A DNA stretch of 64,000 nucleotides from Cyanobacteria bacterium P01_F01_bin.150 (GTDB lineage: Bacteria > Cyanobacteriota > Cyanobacteriia > CAKZMO01), in assembly GCA_039189765.1 (NCBI GenBank), contig JBCCYL010000006.1, positions 32,001 through 96,000 on the forward strand. The letters run 5' to 3'. Shown here one piece after another: positions 1 to 9,444 of the stretch (its first letter is position 1; the number at the start of each line of letters is the position of its first letter). The translations under genes were made by a program, and so were the position numbers. The notes beneath the pieces were generated by a model, which was given only the letters and a program-made list of their open reading frames with translations, made no database searches and was not told the DNA's origin.

Positions 1-1
1 C

Positions 2-2050
2 AGGGCTGGAGATATCAATGGAGATGGCATCGACGACCTGATTATTGGTGCCACTTTTGCTGGCCTAAATGGCAACTCTAATGTGGGTGAAAGCTATGTG
101 GTGTTTGGAAAGAGGGAAAAATCTCCAAGCATTAATCTCTCAAGCCTAAATGGTCTAAATGGCTTTGCCATTCAAGGAATTCGTCCTAATAACTTTTCTG
201 CTAATTCAGTCAGCAACGCAGGTGATGTCAACGGAGATGGGATTGACGACCTGATTATCGGCACACTCCAAGATAGCCCGAATGGCAATGATAGCAGAGG
301 GGAAAGCTATGTCATTTTTGGCTCCAAAGATGGCTTTAGCCCAAACCTCAATCTTGCTAATCTGAATGGCCAGAATGGATTTTCGATTCAAGGCATTGAT
401 AGTGCATTTTTTGCACCCTCAGTCAGCAGTGCAGGGGATATTAATGGCGATGGTATTAGTGACATTATTATTGGTGCAGTAAGAGCTGTACAAGGTATAA
501 ACCCTTCTGCAGGCAAAAGCTATGTCGTGTTTGGGTCTAAGCAAGGATTTAATGCCAGTCTCGATCTAGCCTCACTCAATGGAACCAATGGCTTTGTTAT
601 CAACGGTATTGATGATGGCGATCTTTCAGGGGCTTCAGTGAGCAGTGCTGGAGATATCAATGGGGATGGGATTGCTGACCTGATTATTGGTGCTCCCCTC
701 GCTGACCCAAATGGAAGCTCTGCGGCAGGGGAAAGCTACGTTATCTTTGGGATGCCGACCATCAGCCTAACGGCATCGGATCTGACGGCGATTGAGGGAG
801 GCAAAGCTGCTCAGATCACCATATCGCGGGGTGTAGCATCCGTCGGCGACCTATCGGTGGCGCTGGCTCTTGGGGGGAGTGCTAGCAGTAGCGATTATCG
901 CTTTAACACCGGAACCCTTAGAGCTAATGCGCTAACCGTAACCATCCCAGATGGACAAACCAGTGTAGCGGTGGAGGTAATGGCCACAGATGATGCCTTG
1001 ATTGAGGCCAATGAAACTTTGGCCCTAACAGTGGCAAATGATTTGGAATACAGTGTCAGTCCGACCAACAACCGCAGTAATTTAACCCTATTGAGTAATG
1101 ATGTCCCAGGCTTTACCCTAAACAAAACAACAGCGACGGTCAGCGAAACGGGCACTACGGACAATGTGACGGTGGTGCTGGATGCCCAACCCACCTCGGA
1201 CGTGGTCTTGAGTATCACCAGCAGTGATATCGGAGAAGTGACGCTCAATCCAACTACGCTCACCTTCACCGCCGCAAATTGGAATCAGGCCCAAACCGTT
1301 ACCCTCAAGGGAGTCGATGACACAGCCGTTGACCTGAATCAGTTGAGCACGGTCACTGTAAGTGTGGTGGATGCCAGCAGTGATGACACCTTTGATGCTC
1401 TGGTAGACCAAACGATCGCTGTGACCACTACCGACAACAATCCACTGGGCAATATGGGGACATTGCCACGGCGCAATCAGAAGGGCCGAAGGGGCGATCG
1501 CATCAGAGGCAGTAACAAGGCCGATAGACTCACAGGCACAAACGGTAAAGATGTCATCCTGGGCCGTAATGGCAGAGACAAGCTCAAAGGGGGCAACAGT
1601 CACGATGATATCCGAGGCGGAAAGGGGAATGACAAGCTCTTTGGCGGCAAGGGGAATGACGAGCTTAGGGGTGGCAAGGGTCGGGATCGACTGGTGGGTC
1701 AACAAGGCAACGATCGCTTAGTGGGCGGCTTAGGCAATGATGTTCTTATCGGTGGTCCAGGTCGGGACACCTATGTTTACCAGAGCCTCAGGGATGGTCA
1801 AGATAGCATCAGAAAATTCGAAGTGAATAAGGATGTCTTTGACCTCACTGAAATCTTCAAGAATCCAATCTTTACAGGTGATAACGATTTCCTCCGATTT
1901 ATCAACTATGTTGAGCTAGCAGAAGTCAACGGCAGCACTGAAGTCCGGGTTGATGCAGATGGCAGCGGCAGCAGCACTGCAATGATTACCCTGGCCGTTG
2001 TTGAAGGGCAAACCGGACTCAGTTCCACCAACTTTGTGCTCAGTGCGTAA
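2..2050 (+). CDS. FG-GAP (integrin-alpha-like) repeat / Calx-beta / RTX calcium-binding secreted protein, 5'-truncated by the window
   Basis: Frame is open from base 2 (RAGDINGDGIDDLIIG...). Repeated GD(I/V)NGDG..DLIIG motifs, two Calx-beta-like Ig segments, GGxGxD nonapeptides and a C-terminal T1SS-type tail. Confidence 0.9.
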   Translation, partial: RAGDINGDGIDDLIIGATFAGLNGNSNVGESYVVFGKREKSPSINLSSLNGLNGFAIQGIRPNNFSANSVSNAGDVNGDGIDDLIIGTLQDSPNGNDSRGESYVIFGSKDGFSPNLNLANLNGQNGFSIQGIDSAFFAPSVSSAGDINGDGISDIIIGAVRAVQGINPSAGKSYVVFGSKQGFNASLDLASLNGTNGFVINGIDDGDLSGASVSSAGDINGDGIADLIIGAPLADPNGSSAAGESYVIFGMPTISLTASDLTAIEGGKAAQITISRGVASVGDLSVALALGGSASSSDYRFNTGTLRANALTVTIPDGQTSVAVEVMATDDALIEANETLALTVANDLEYSVSPTNNRSNLTLLSNDVPGFTLNKTTATVSETGTTDNVTVVLDAQPTSDVVLSITSSDIGEVTLNPTTLTFTAANWNQAQTVTLKGVDDTAVDLNQLSTVTVSVVDASSDDTFDALVDQTIAVTTTDNNPLGNMGTLPRRNQKGRRGDRIRGSNKADRLTGTNGKDVILGRNGRDKLKGGNSHDDIRGGKGNDKLFGGKGNDELRGGKGRDRLVGQQGNDRLVGGLGNDVLIGGPGRDTYVYQSLRDGQDSIRKFEVNKDVFDLTEIFKNPIFTGDNDFLRFINYVELAEVNGSTEVRVDADGSGSSTAMITLAVVEGQTGLSSTNFVLSA

Positions 2051-2147
2051 TTGACTTTATTCATTTGATTGAAGGTCAGGGTACAGAAATCTCAGCAACG
2101 ACAAACAGTACACACACAACATACATTTGATACTAGGAGGAGTTCCC

Positions 2148-4934
2148 ATGGCTTTTGCCTCAAGTTTCAATCTGGTTAACCTGAATGGCAGTAACGGGTT
2201 TGTTATCAACGGCATTAATGCGGATGACGAATCTGGTTTTTCCGTCAGCGGGGCTGGCGATATTAATGGTGACGGCATTAGCGATCTGATTATTGGCGCG
2301 GATTATGCTGACCCAAATGGAAACTCCAAAGCAGGAGAAAGCTATGTCGTATTCGGTTCCCAAAACGGATTTAGCAATAGTCTGAATCTTTCAGCACTCA
2401 ATGGTAGTAACGGGTTCATCATCAACGGGATTGATCCTGATGATAGAGCTGGTTATTTTGTCAGCAGTGCAGGTGATGTTAATGGTGACGGCCTCAGTGA
2501 CCTGATTATCGGCGCACCTTATGCGGATCCCGACGGGAAGTCTGACGCAGGCGAAGGCTATGTCATATTTGGTTCCCGGAGTAGATTTGGTAGCCGTTTG
2601 AATCTTTCGGCACTCAATGGCAGTAACGGGTTTGTCATCAACGGTATAGACCCTGATGATAACGCCGGTATTGCGGTTAGCAGTGCGGGCGATGTTAATG
2701 GCGACGGCATTGATGACCTGATTATCGCAGCAGATTTTGCAGATCCCGGCGGAAAATCTAATGCAGGGGAAACCTATGTTGTCTTTGGCTCTCGAAGCGG
2801 ATTTGGCCGTAGTTTTAACCTGTCGGCACTCAATGGCAGTAATGGGTTCATCATCAATGGTATTGATGATGATGATAGATCTGGTATTGCTGTCAGCGGC
2901 GCGGGCGATATCAATGGTGACGGTATTAGTGACCTGATTATCGGTTCAGATTATGCTGATCCCAATGGAAAGTCGAACGCAGGGGAAAGCTATGTTGTAT
3001 TTGGCTCCCGGAACGGATTTAGTAATAGTCTGAACCTGTCGGAACTTAATGGTAGTAACGGATTTGTTATCAATGGTATTGATGCTGATGATAACGCGGG
3101 TATTGCTGTCAGCGGTGCGGGCGATATTAATGGTGACGGTATTAGTGATCTGATTATTGGAGCACAGTATGCGGATCCGAATGGAAAATCGAACGCAGGG
3201 GAAAGTTATGTCGTATTTGGGTCCCGGAGCGGATTTGGCCGTAGTCTGAATCTTTCGGCACTTAATGGCAGTAACGGGTTTGTTATCAATGGTATTGATG
3301 CTGATGATAACGCGGGTATTGCTGTCAGCGGCGCGGGCGATATTAATGGTGACGGTATTAGTGATCTAATTATTGGAGCAGATTATGCCGATCCCAATGG
3401 GAATTCCAAAGCAGGGGAAAGCTATGTTATATTTGGCTCCCGGAATGGATTTAGCAGTAGTCTAAACCTATCGACGCTCAATGGCAGTAACGGGTTTGTC
3501 ATCAATGGCATTAATGCTTCTGGCTTTTCTGGCGCTGCTGTCAGCAATGCTGGGGATATCAATAATGATGGGATTGATGACCTGATTATCGGAGCATATG
3601 GAGTTAATTTAGGGAGTAAAAGGAATGCTGGGGCCAGCTATGTGGTTTTTGGCTTGCCCACGGTCAGTATCATTCCGACGATCGCCACAGCAACCGAAGG
3701 CGGCACTCCAGCAAGCGTTACCATTTCTCGTGGGAAGGCCTTTGGGGGCAATTTAGCGGTGAAGCTGACGCTGGCGGGAACTGCTAGCAGCAGCGATTAC
3801 CGCTTTAGCACTGGGACCCTCAACGGTAATGAGCTAACCGTGACGATTCCAGATGGACAAACCAGTGTGGTAGTGGGGGTCACCGCTACAGATGATGCAT
3901 TGATTGAGGCCAACGAGACGTTGACCCTGACGGTGGCGAATAATGCGGCCTACAGTGTCAGTAACACCAATAACAGTAGTAGCCTGACCCTATCGAGTAA
4001 TGATGTCGCGGGGTTCACCCTGGACAAAACGACAGCGACAGTCAGCGAAGCGGGTACCACGGACAGCGTGACGGTGGTGCTGGATGCCCAACCCAGCGCG
4101 GATGTGGTCTTGAGCGTTACCAGTAGTGACACCACAGAAGTGGCGCTCAATCCAACCACACTGACCTTTACCTCCGCGAATTGGAATCAGGCCCAAACGG
4201 TGAATCTAAAGGGAGTCGATGATAACGACGTTGACGTTGACCAGTTGAGCACGGTCACCGTAAGCGTAGTGGATGGCAGCAGTGATGATGCCTTTGATGC
4301 ACTGGCAGACCAAACGATCGCTGTGACCACTACGCTAGCCAATATGGGGACGTTGCCACGGCGTAAGCAAAAGGGCCGAAGCGGCGATCGCATCAAAGGC
4401 ACCCAAAAAGCCGATCGACTCACGGGGACAAAGGATAAAGACATTATCCTGGGCCGTAATGGTAGAGACAAGCTCAAAGGGGGTAACAGTCACGATGATA
4501 TCCGAGGCGGCAAGGGGAATGACAAGCTCTTTGGCGGCAAGGGGAATGACGAGCTTAGGGGTGGCAAGGGTCGGGACCGACTGGTTGGCCAACAAGGCAA
4601 CGATCGTTTAGTGGGTGGTTTGGGCAATGATGTTCTTATCGGTGGTCCAGGTCGGGACACCTATGTTTACCAGAGCCTCAGGGATGGCGTAGATACGATT
4701 AGAAAGTTCGAGGCAAACAAAGATGTTTTCGATCTCACTGAAATCTTCAAGAATTCGATCTTTACAGGTGACAACGATTTCCTCCGGTTTATCAACTATG
4801 TTGAGCTAGCGGAAGTCAACGGCAGCACTGAAGTTCGGGTTGATGCCGATGGCAACGGCAGTGACACCGCAATGATGACCCTAGCGGTGGTCCAGGGTCG
4901 AACCGGACTCAGTTCCACAAACTTTATTCTGTAG
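2148..4934 (+). CDS. FG-GAP repeat (7 x 72 aa) / Calx-beta / RTX secreted protein, paralog of the upstream gene
   Basis: AGGAGG at 2135-2140 precedes ATG 2148. Seven GD(I/V)N(G/N)DG blades with a 216-nt period, then RTX repeats. Confidence 0.92.
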   Translation: MAFASSFNLVNLNGSNGFVINGINADDESGFSVSGAGDINGDGISDLIIGADYADPNGNSKAGESYVVFGSQNGFSNSLNLSALNGSNGFIINGIDPDDRAGYFVSSAGDVNGDGLSDLIIGAPYADPDGKSDAGEGYVIFGSRSRFGSRLNLSALNGSNGFVINGIDPDDNAGIAVSSAGDVNGDGIDDLIIAADFADPGGKSNAGETYVVFGSRSGFGRSFNLSALNGSNGFIINGIDDDDRSGIAVSGAGDINGDGISDLIIGSDYADPNGKSNAGESYVVFGSRNGFSNSLNLSELNGSNGFVINGIDADDNAGIAVSGAGDINGDGISDLIIGAQYADPNGKSNAGESYVVFGSRSGFGRSLNLSALNGSNGFVINGIDADDNAGIAVSGAGDINGDGISDLIIGADYADPNGNSKAGESYVIFGSRNGFSSSLNLSTLNGSNGFVINGINASGFSGAAVSNAGDINNDGIDDLIIGAYGVNLGSKRNAGASYVVFGLPTVSIIPTIATATEGGTPASVTISRGKAFGGNLAVKLTLAGTASSSDYRFSTGTLNGNELTVTIPDGQTSVVVGVTATDDALIEANETLTLTVANNAAYSVSNTNNSSSLTLSSNDVAGFTLDKTTATVSEAGTTDSVTVVLDAQPSADVVLSVTSSDTTEVALNPTTLTFTSANWNQAQTVNLKGVDDNDVDVDQLSTVTVSVVDGSSDDAFDALADQTIAVTTTLANMGTLPRRKQKGRSGDRIKGTQKADRLTGTKDKDIILGRNGRDKLKGGNSHDDIRGGKGNDKLFGGKGNDELRGGKGRDRLVGQQGNDRLVGGLGNDVLIGGPGRDTYVYQSLRDGVDTIRKFEANKDVFDLTEIFKNSIFTGDNDFLRFINYVELAEVNGSTEVRVDADGNGSDTAMMTLAVVQGRTGLSSTNFIL

Positions 4935-7260
4935 ACTCGTTATCTTCTGACAGGAGTGGTTCGAGCAATTCCGCAATCTTGCGATACTGATATCCCCTGG
5001 CTAAGTTCATCAGATATTTTGTTACCGCTGTATGGGGCTTAGGCATGGTTGCCAGTAAATCCTTTACCTGCTGACCATCTAACTTAAATGCGGCTAGATG
5101 TAGCTCATACCGCCAGTCATGGGGCATGGCAGTGAGTTGGGCTGCGATCGCTTTGGGGCTTAAGGGAACCGTTGTGATCACCCTTCTGACTCCTTGAGAC
5201 GCTGCTTTTGCGGCTGACTCAGCTTCGGCAGGGTCTACCTGAACGTTAGCGGTGAAGCTAAAGACAGTTCCTTTCCCCACCTGACTAGAAACCTTGATAT
5301 CTCCTCCCATCAGCTGTACAAGCTGTTTACTAATGGCTAAGCCTAATCCAGTTCCTGTTTTTGTATTTTCACCACTTTCCGTTTGCACAAAAGGCTCAAA
5401 AAGTTTGTGTAGCTCCGATGCTGCAATCCCGTCCCCCGTATCTTCTACTTCAAACCTTAACTCAAGTGCCTGTGGCAGCTGACGATCTTCCACTCGCAGA
5501 ACAATGGTTCCAGCGTGGGTAAATTTGAGGGCATTGCTCAGCAAGTTAATTAGGATCTGCCGCAGCTTGGGGGCATCGCCAATCAGCTTCTGGGGAATCG
5601 TTTGGGAAACCTCAACGACAAACGTCAGTCTCTTTTGTTCCATCCGGATCCGAAACAAGGCCTCAACGGTTTCAATCAAATCCTTCAGCTCAAAGGACTC
5701 TTTATTTAAGGTTTGTTTATCGGATTCCAGTTTCGTTAGGGTCAAAATATCGTTGATTAGCCCCAGGAAATGTTCTCCAGCACTATTAATTGAGCGCACG
5801 CGGCTTTGGTTATTCTCAGAGAGTGTGTGGTCTTGAGCCATGAGCTGACTGAACCCCAAAATAGCGTTGAGCGGAGTACGTAACTCATGACTCATCTGCG
5901 CTAAAAAACGACTCTTGGCTCGACTGGCAGCCTCAGCGGCCTCTCTAGCCTGGCCTAACTCAATATTCGATTGCTGAAGTTTGGCATTGGATTGTTGAAG
6001 TTCTGAGGTACGCTCAGCCACTTTAATTTCCAATTCTGACTTTGCCTGTTCCAGGAGCGCAACCATTTGCTGCTGCGCTTTGATTTTGGTTTGAATAACG
6101 CGATCATATTGATAAAAAGCCGCTAGCCCCGCACTATTCAAAATTAGCCCGGCAGCTGCGGGAACTAAAGGTATCCACCATCCCACCAACAGTGCTAAAT
6201 AGCTGATACCCGTCACCCCAACAGCGCTAATCGAGACCCAAAACAAACTTTGGAGGGGCGATCGCCCATATCTTGCAAACCCAATCCCTAGAAGTCCCCA
6301 GACTAAAATCCATAGATACTCGACCCATTCAGGCCAACTCTTAATCAGAGGACGTTGTTCAAGGGCTGCATGGACAATTTGGCTTGCGGCATGAGCCTGA
6401 ATTTCCACTCCATAGACAAAGTTATCGTCCTGGTTAACGGTGGAGGGGGTAGCGACATTAAAGTGATCCTGGATACTGGAGGCGGTGCTGCCGATTAGGA
6501 CAATGCGATCGCGCACCCATTCAGGGTCGACATTGCCTGCTAAAACATCTCGAAATGAAACCGCCCGAAAGGCATTGGCCCCCTTACGAAAGTTCAGCAG
6601 CATTTGCATATCAGCTCCCCCCGCATTCGTGCCAACGTAGCTACCAAAATTTGCATAAACTCGGGGCAACTCAGCCTTACCAAATCTCATGGTGGAGCGA
6701 TCGCGCACCCCACTTTCCAATGGAATCCCTTCAGCGTCTAAATACGCCTTGGCTAGCAATAGGCCCAGGGAAAATCGAAATCCCCCATCCGTCTGCACAC
6801 CTAACATCGCCCGCCGTAGTCGACCATCCTCATCTGGAGGAACATCAACAAACCCAATCTGATCAGAGGGGAGGTTGGGCGGTGGTGCAACTTTTGGCGG
6901 CAAAACCCGTTCAATCCCGATTAGGTTGTCCATCGACTGCATTGTCATCGCCAATTCAGAGTAGCCCGGCTCAACGGGCAAATCTCTAAATAAATCAAGG
7001 CCGATGGCACGGGGCTGATGGCGCTGCAGATTTTGCAGCACTAGGGCCAACTGTTGATCAGGAATCGGATAGGTCCCTACTGCTCGAATCGATTGCTCAT
7101 CAATGCCTACTAGCAAGAGCCGCTCGTCTGGGGATTCAGAGGGGTGCGATCTTAAAAAGGCATCCAAAATCCGCCACTCTAATAATTGAAACGCCCCGGC
7201 TAATCGTCCCCCTATAATCAGCAGCAAAAACAGCAAGCCGGATAGCAGCCCAAACTGCAT
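4924..7260 (-). CDS. CHASE2-domain membrane sensor histidine kinase
   Basis: CHASE2 motifs (LLVGIDE, AIGLDLFRD, YGVEIQA), 3 TM helices, H-box FLAQMSHELRTPLNAI, HATPase G boxes. Start uncertain: ATG 7260 chosen, ORF open to 7482. Confidence 0.88.
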   Translation of the reverse strand: MQFGLLSGLLFLLLIIGGRLAGAFQLLEWRILDAFLRSHPSESPDERLLLVGIDEQSIRAVGTYPIPDQQLALVLQNLQRHQPRAIGLDLFRDLPVEPGYSELAMTMQSMDNLIGIERVLPPKVAPPPNLPSDQIGFVDVPPDEDGRLRRAMLGVQTDGGFRFSLGLLLAKAYLDAEGIPLESGVRDRSTMRFGKAELPRVYANFGSYVGTNAGGADMQMLLNFRKGANAFRAVSFRDVLAGNVDPEWVRDRIVLIGSTASSIQDHFNVATPSTVNQDDNFVYGVEIQAHAASQIVHAALEQRPLIKSWPEWVEYLWILVWGLLGIGFARYGRSPLQSLFWVSISAVGVTGISYLALLVGWWIPLVPAAAGLILNSAGLAAFYQYDRVIQTKIKAQQQMVALLEQAKSELEIKVAERTSELQQSNAKLQQSNIELGQAREAAEAASRAKSRFLAQMSHELRTPLNAILGFSQLMAQDHTLSENNQSRVRSINSAGEHFLGLINDILTLTKLESDKQTLNKESFELKDLIETVEALFRIRMEQKRLTFVVEVSQTIPQKLIGDAPKLRQILINLLSNALKFTHAGTIVLRVEDRQLPQALELRFEVEDTGDGIAASELHKLFEPFVQTESGENTKTGTGLGLAISKQLVQLMGGDIKVSSQVGKGTVFSFTANVQVDPAEAESAAKAASQGVRRVITTVPLSPKAIAAQLTAMPHDWRYELHLAAFKLDGQQVKDLLATMPKPHTAVTKYLMNLARGYQYRKIAELLEPLLSEDNESTE

Positions 7261-7505
7261 CCCGTGACGACCTCCAGTCCGCTGATGTTTGCCCAATGAA
7301 AAACTCCAATGCCCAAATCGGATGTCAGTTGCCACAAGCACTTTAAAAAAATTTAAATCAAAAACCGGAATGGTCCCCAATACTCTGGAATTTATAAGGA
7401 AGCATCTAAAACACCAAAGATGAAGAGGACTATTCCCCCTTCTCTTCGCGATTCTCTGCACTACCCAATGATAGCTAACCATTTTAGCCCGTTAGGAGTT
7501 TAAAT

Positions 7506-8333
7506 TTGCGCAAGTTAATCTTAGATCTATTCCTTGGCCCCTCTGTTAAACGGTTATTTGGGTTCCGCATTAAGACGGACCGATTGAACGATGGTGTCGA
7601 TGCTTTGCGCCCACGCAATTGGCTTCAAGGTAGGCCCCGTCAACTGGCAGCAGGTCTATTCTTTACCTCTTTGACGATGGTTCCTGCCACTGCATGGGCT
7701 CAACCCTATCAACCCCCTACGGGAGATCCCCCGAGTGGTTCTATTTTATCGAGTGGAACCCGTGATAGCTGTGGCGAAAACTATGAGATTCCGCTAACGG
7801 TTTTGGCCCCAGCTCAGCACGTGGGGCAAACCAGTACCACGACTCCAACGCTCACTTGGTTTGTGCCAACCACCGATTCTTATCGCATCCAGCTTTCCCT
7901 TTACACGATTCATGACAATCAGCCGCCTGCATTACTACAGCAAATTCAGTACGTAGAAGATGACGCAGGAATCGTCAGTTTTACGCTGCCAGAGGAAGAG
8001 TTCCAGCTCAATCCAGGGCAGCGTTATCTGTGGGAGGTGAACCTTGCCTGCACGCCAGACGCTCCTATGTATAGCCAACTGTTTGTTTCCGAGTTAGAGA
8101 TCCAAGAACCGTCTGCCTCGCTGCTTTCGGGTATTGCGGCCGCTCAAACACCGCTGGAAAGAGCGGAAATTTATGCGGGTGCGGGGTACTGGTATGACAC
8201 CCTACGCGAAGCTTTAATTGCTGCCCAAAATCCAGATACTGATGATTTAGCAAGGTCTTTACTGTATCAGTTGGCTGAGTCTGAAGGGGGTATACATGGT
8301 CAGTTTTTAACCCAAATCGCAGACACAATGTAA
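7506..8333 (+). CDS. DUF928 domain-containing exported protein
   Basis: Signal-like segment ending AWA, then PYQPP..GTR..C, LTVLAP, PTLTWFVP, G.RY.W and YA.AG.WYD motifs typical of DUF928. Divergent from the CHASE2 gene. Exact start uncertain. Confidence 0.85.
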   Translation: MRKLILDLFLGPSVKRLFGFRIKTDRLNDGVDALRPRNWLQGRPRQLAAGLFFTSLTMVPATAWAQPYQPPTGDPPSGSILSSGTRDSCGENYEIPLTVLAPAQHVGQTSTTTPTLTWFVPTTDSYRIQLSLYTIHDNQPPALLQQIQYVEDDAGIVSFTLPEEEFQLNPGQRYLWEVNLACTPDAPMYSQLFVSELEIQEPSASLLSGIAAAQTPLERAEIYAGAGYWYDTLREALIAAQNPDTDDLARSLLYQLAESEGGIHGQFLTQIADTM

Positions 8334-8696
8334 ATGTAGTGGTTCCTCAGGCGAGGAAAAAGATTTATCTGTCGCGGCAGGTGGATCAGCAGTTGCGGCA
8401 ATTGTGTCGGGAAGGGGAGTTTGCTTCCACCCAGTCAAGATATCAAGTAATTTATTGATGATTAAAGGGTCGCGATCGCTTGTGGCGATTCAGATGGAGG
8501 CGATCGTCTTTGGGTGAAAGAGGGGGCGATCGCCTCTTAAGGATTAGGTGCAGCCCAGAACCTCCGCTTCTTTCAGGCCAAAGACTATCAGGGGATCTTC
8601 TCTCATCGCTAGGAGGCGTGATCGCCCATCTTTATCAGCTAATTCTTCTCATCCAACCAAACCCTCTCTGGATTTGGCACCAAAGAACTGGCAGCC

Positions 8697-9038
8697 TTAC
8701 CTGCGGACATTGTGTAGCATCAAACTCATGTTACTACCAGTTCCCCCTGTGGGTGGTGGCGTCCCTGCATCGGGAGGTGGAACATAGGGTACGCTTTTAT
8801 TTTGGATATGAGTAGCTGAGATATGAGTAGCTGGGATATTTCCGAGAAGGATCGCATGAACGGGTAGGGCAAATGATGACATTCCTAAAAGGGAAACGCT
8901 AGAGGCGATCGCCCTACCCGTAATCCATCGTAGGCTGGGCTGAAGAGTTGGCTTGATTGCGGAGGTTACATTGATTGCTTTGGGCAAACACGATGTAGAC
9001 ATGGAGGCTAAGGGATTAGATGGAATGTTAATGACCAT
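8697..9038 (-). CDS. small putative secreted Pro/Gly-rich peptide precursor
   Basis: 113-aa ORF with a hydrophobic stretch ending LPVHA and a PYVPPPDAGTPPPTGGTGSN motif resembling the neighbouring DUF928 N-terminus. Confidence 0.6.
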   Translation of the reverse strand: MVINIPSNPLASMSTSCLPKAINVTSAIKPTLQPSLRWITGRAIASSVSLLGMSSFALPVHAILLGNIPATHISATHIQNKSVPYVPPPDAGTPPPTGGTGSNMSLMLHNVRR

Positions 9039-9251
9039 TTTTTGGCAACAAAGAAAGAGAACCTTCGAACTCAGTGTCCAAGAAGATGGAATCAGTCTGT
9101 CTTGTTCTAACTGTAGTGGGACTCGATAGCAGAAACCTCATAAAACTCATCCCCTGACCCCATAAGAAATCTCATAAATAGGTTTTGACCTTAACCGAAA
9201 CGAAATAACGGAAAATCAGTGAGCTTCGCCACGAGAAAGCAGCCAATTTTT

Positions 9252-9290
9252 GCGTAGGATGGGTTACGCTGTCGCTAACACACCCTACGC
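9252..9290. repeat. GTAG-type REP-like palindrome
   Basis: GCGTAGGATGGGTTA...TAACACACCCTACGC imperfect hairpin, related to the copies at 10821 and 30344. Confidence 0.6.
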
Positions 9291-9444
9291 TGTAGATAAA
9301 CTAATTTTTTCGAGGTACGGACATAATGGCTAACGAGAAAGTAAATAAATATCTCGTTTGGGCTATCCATTACTGTGTAAGGATATATGGTCGTAAGTAG
9401 AATCAAATATAGCCCTTACCATCTAAAGTGTGTCCTAAAATTCC

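Noticed and set aside
4924..4934. 3' overlap of convergent genes
   Set aside because: An 11-bp tail-to-tail overlap is common and uninformative.
8340..8815. ORFs 8480-8815 and 8548-8787 (+), or a second peptide gene on the minus strand
   Set aside because: No RBS or recognisable motifs, HIP1-rich non-coding appearance and overlap with the better-supported minus-strand ORF.
8697..9038. Small peptide as PatS/PatX/HetN
   Set aside because: No RGSGR or RGTGR pentapeptide; the motif is GGTGSN.
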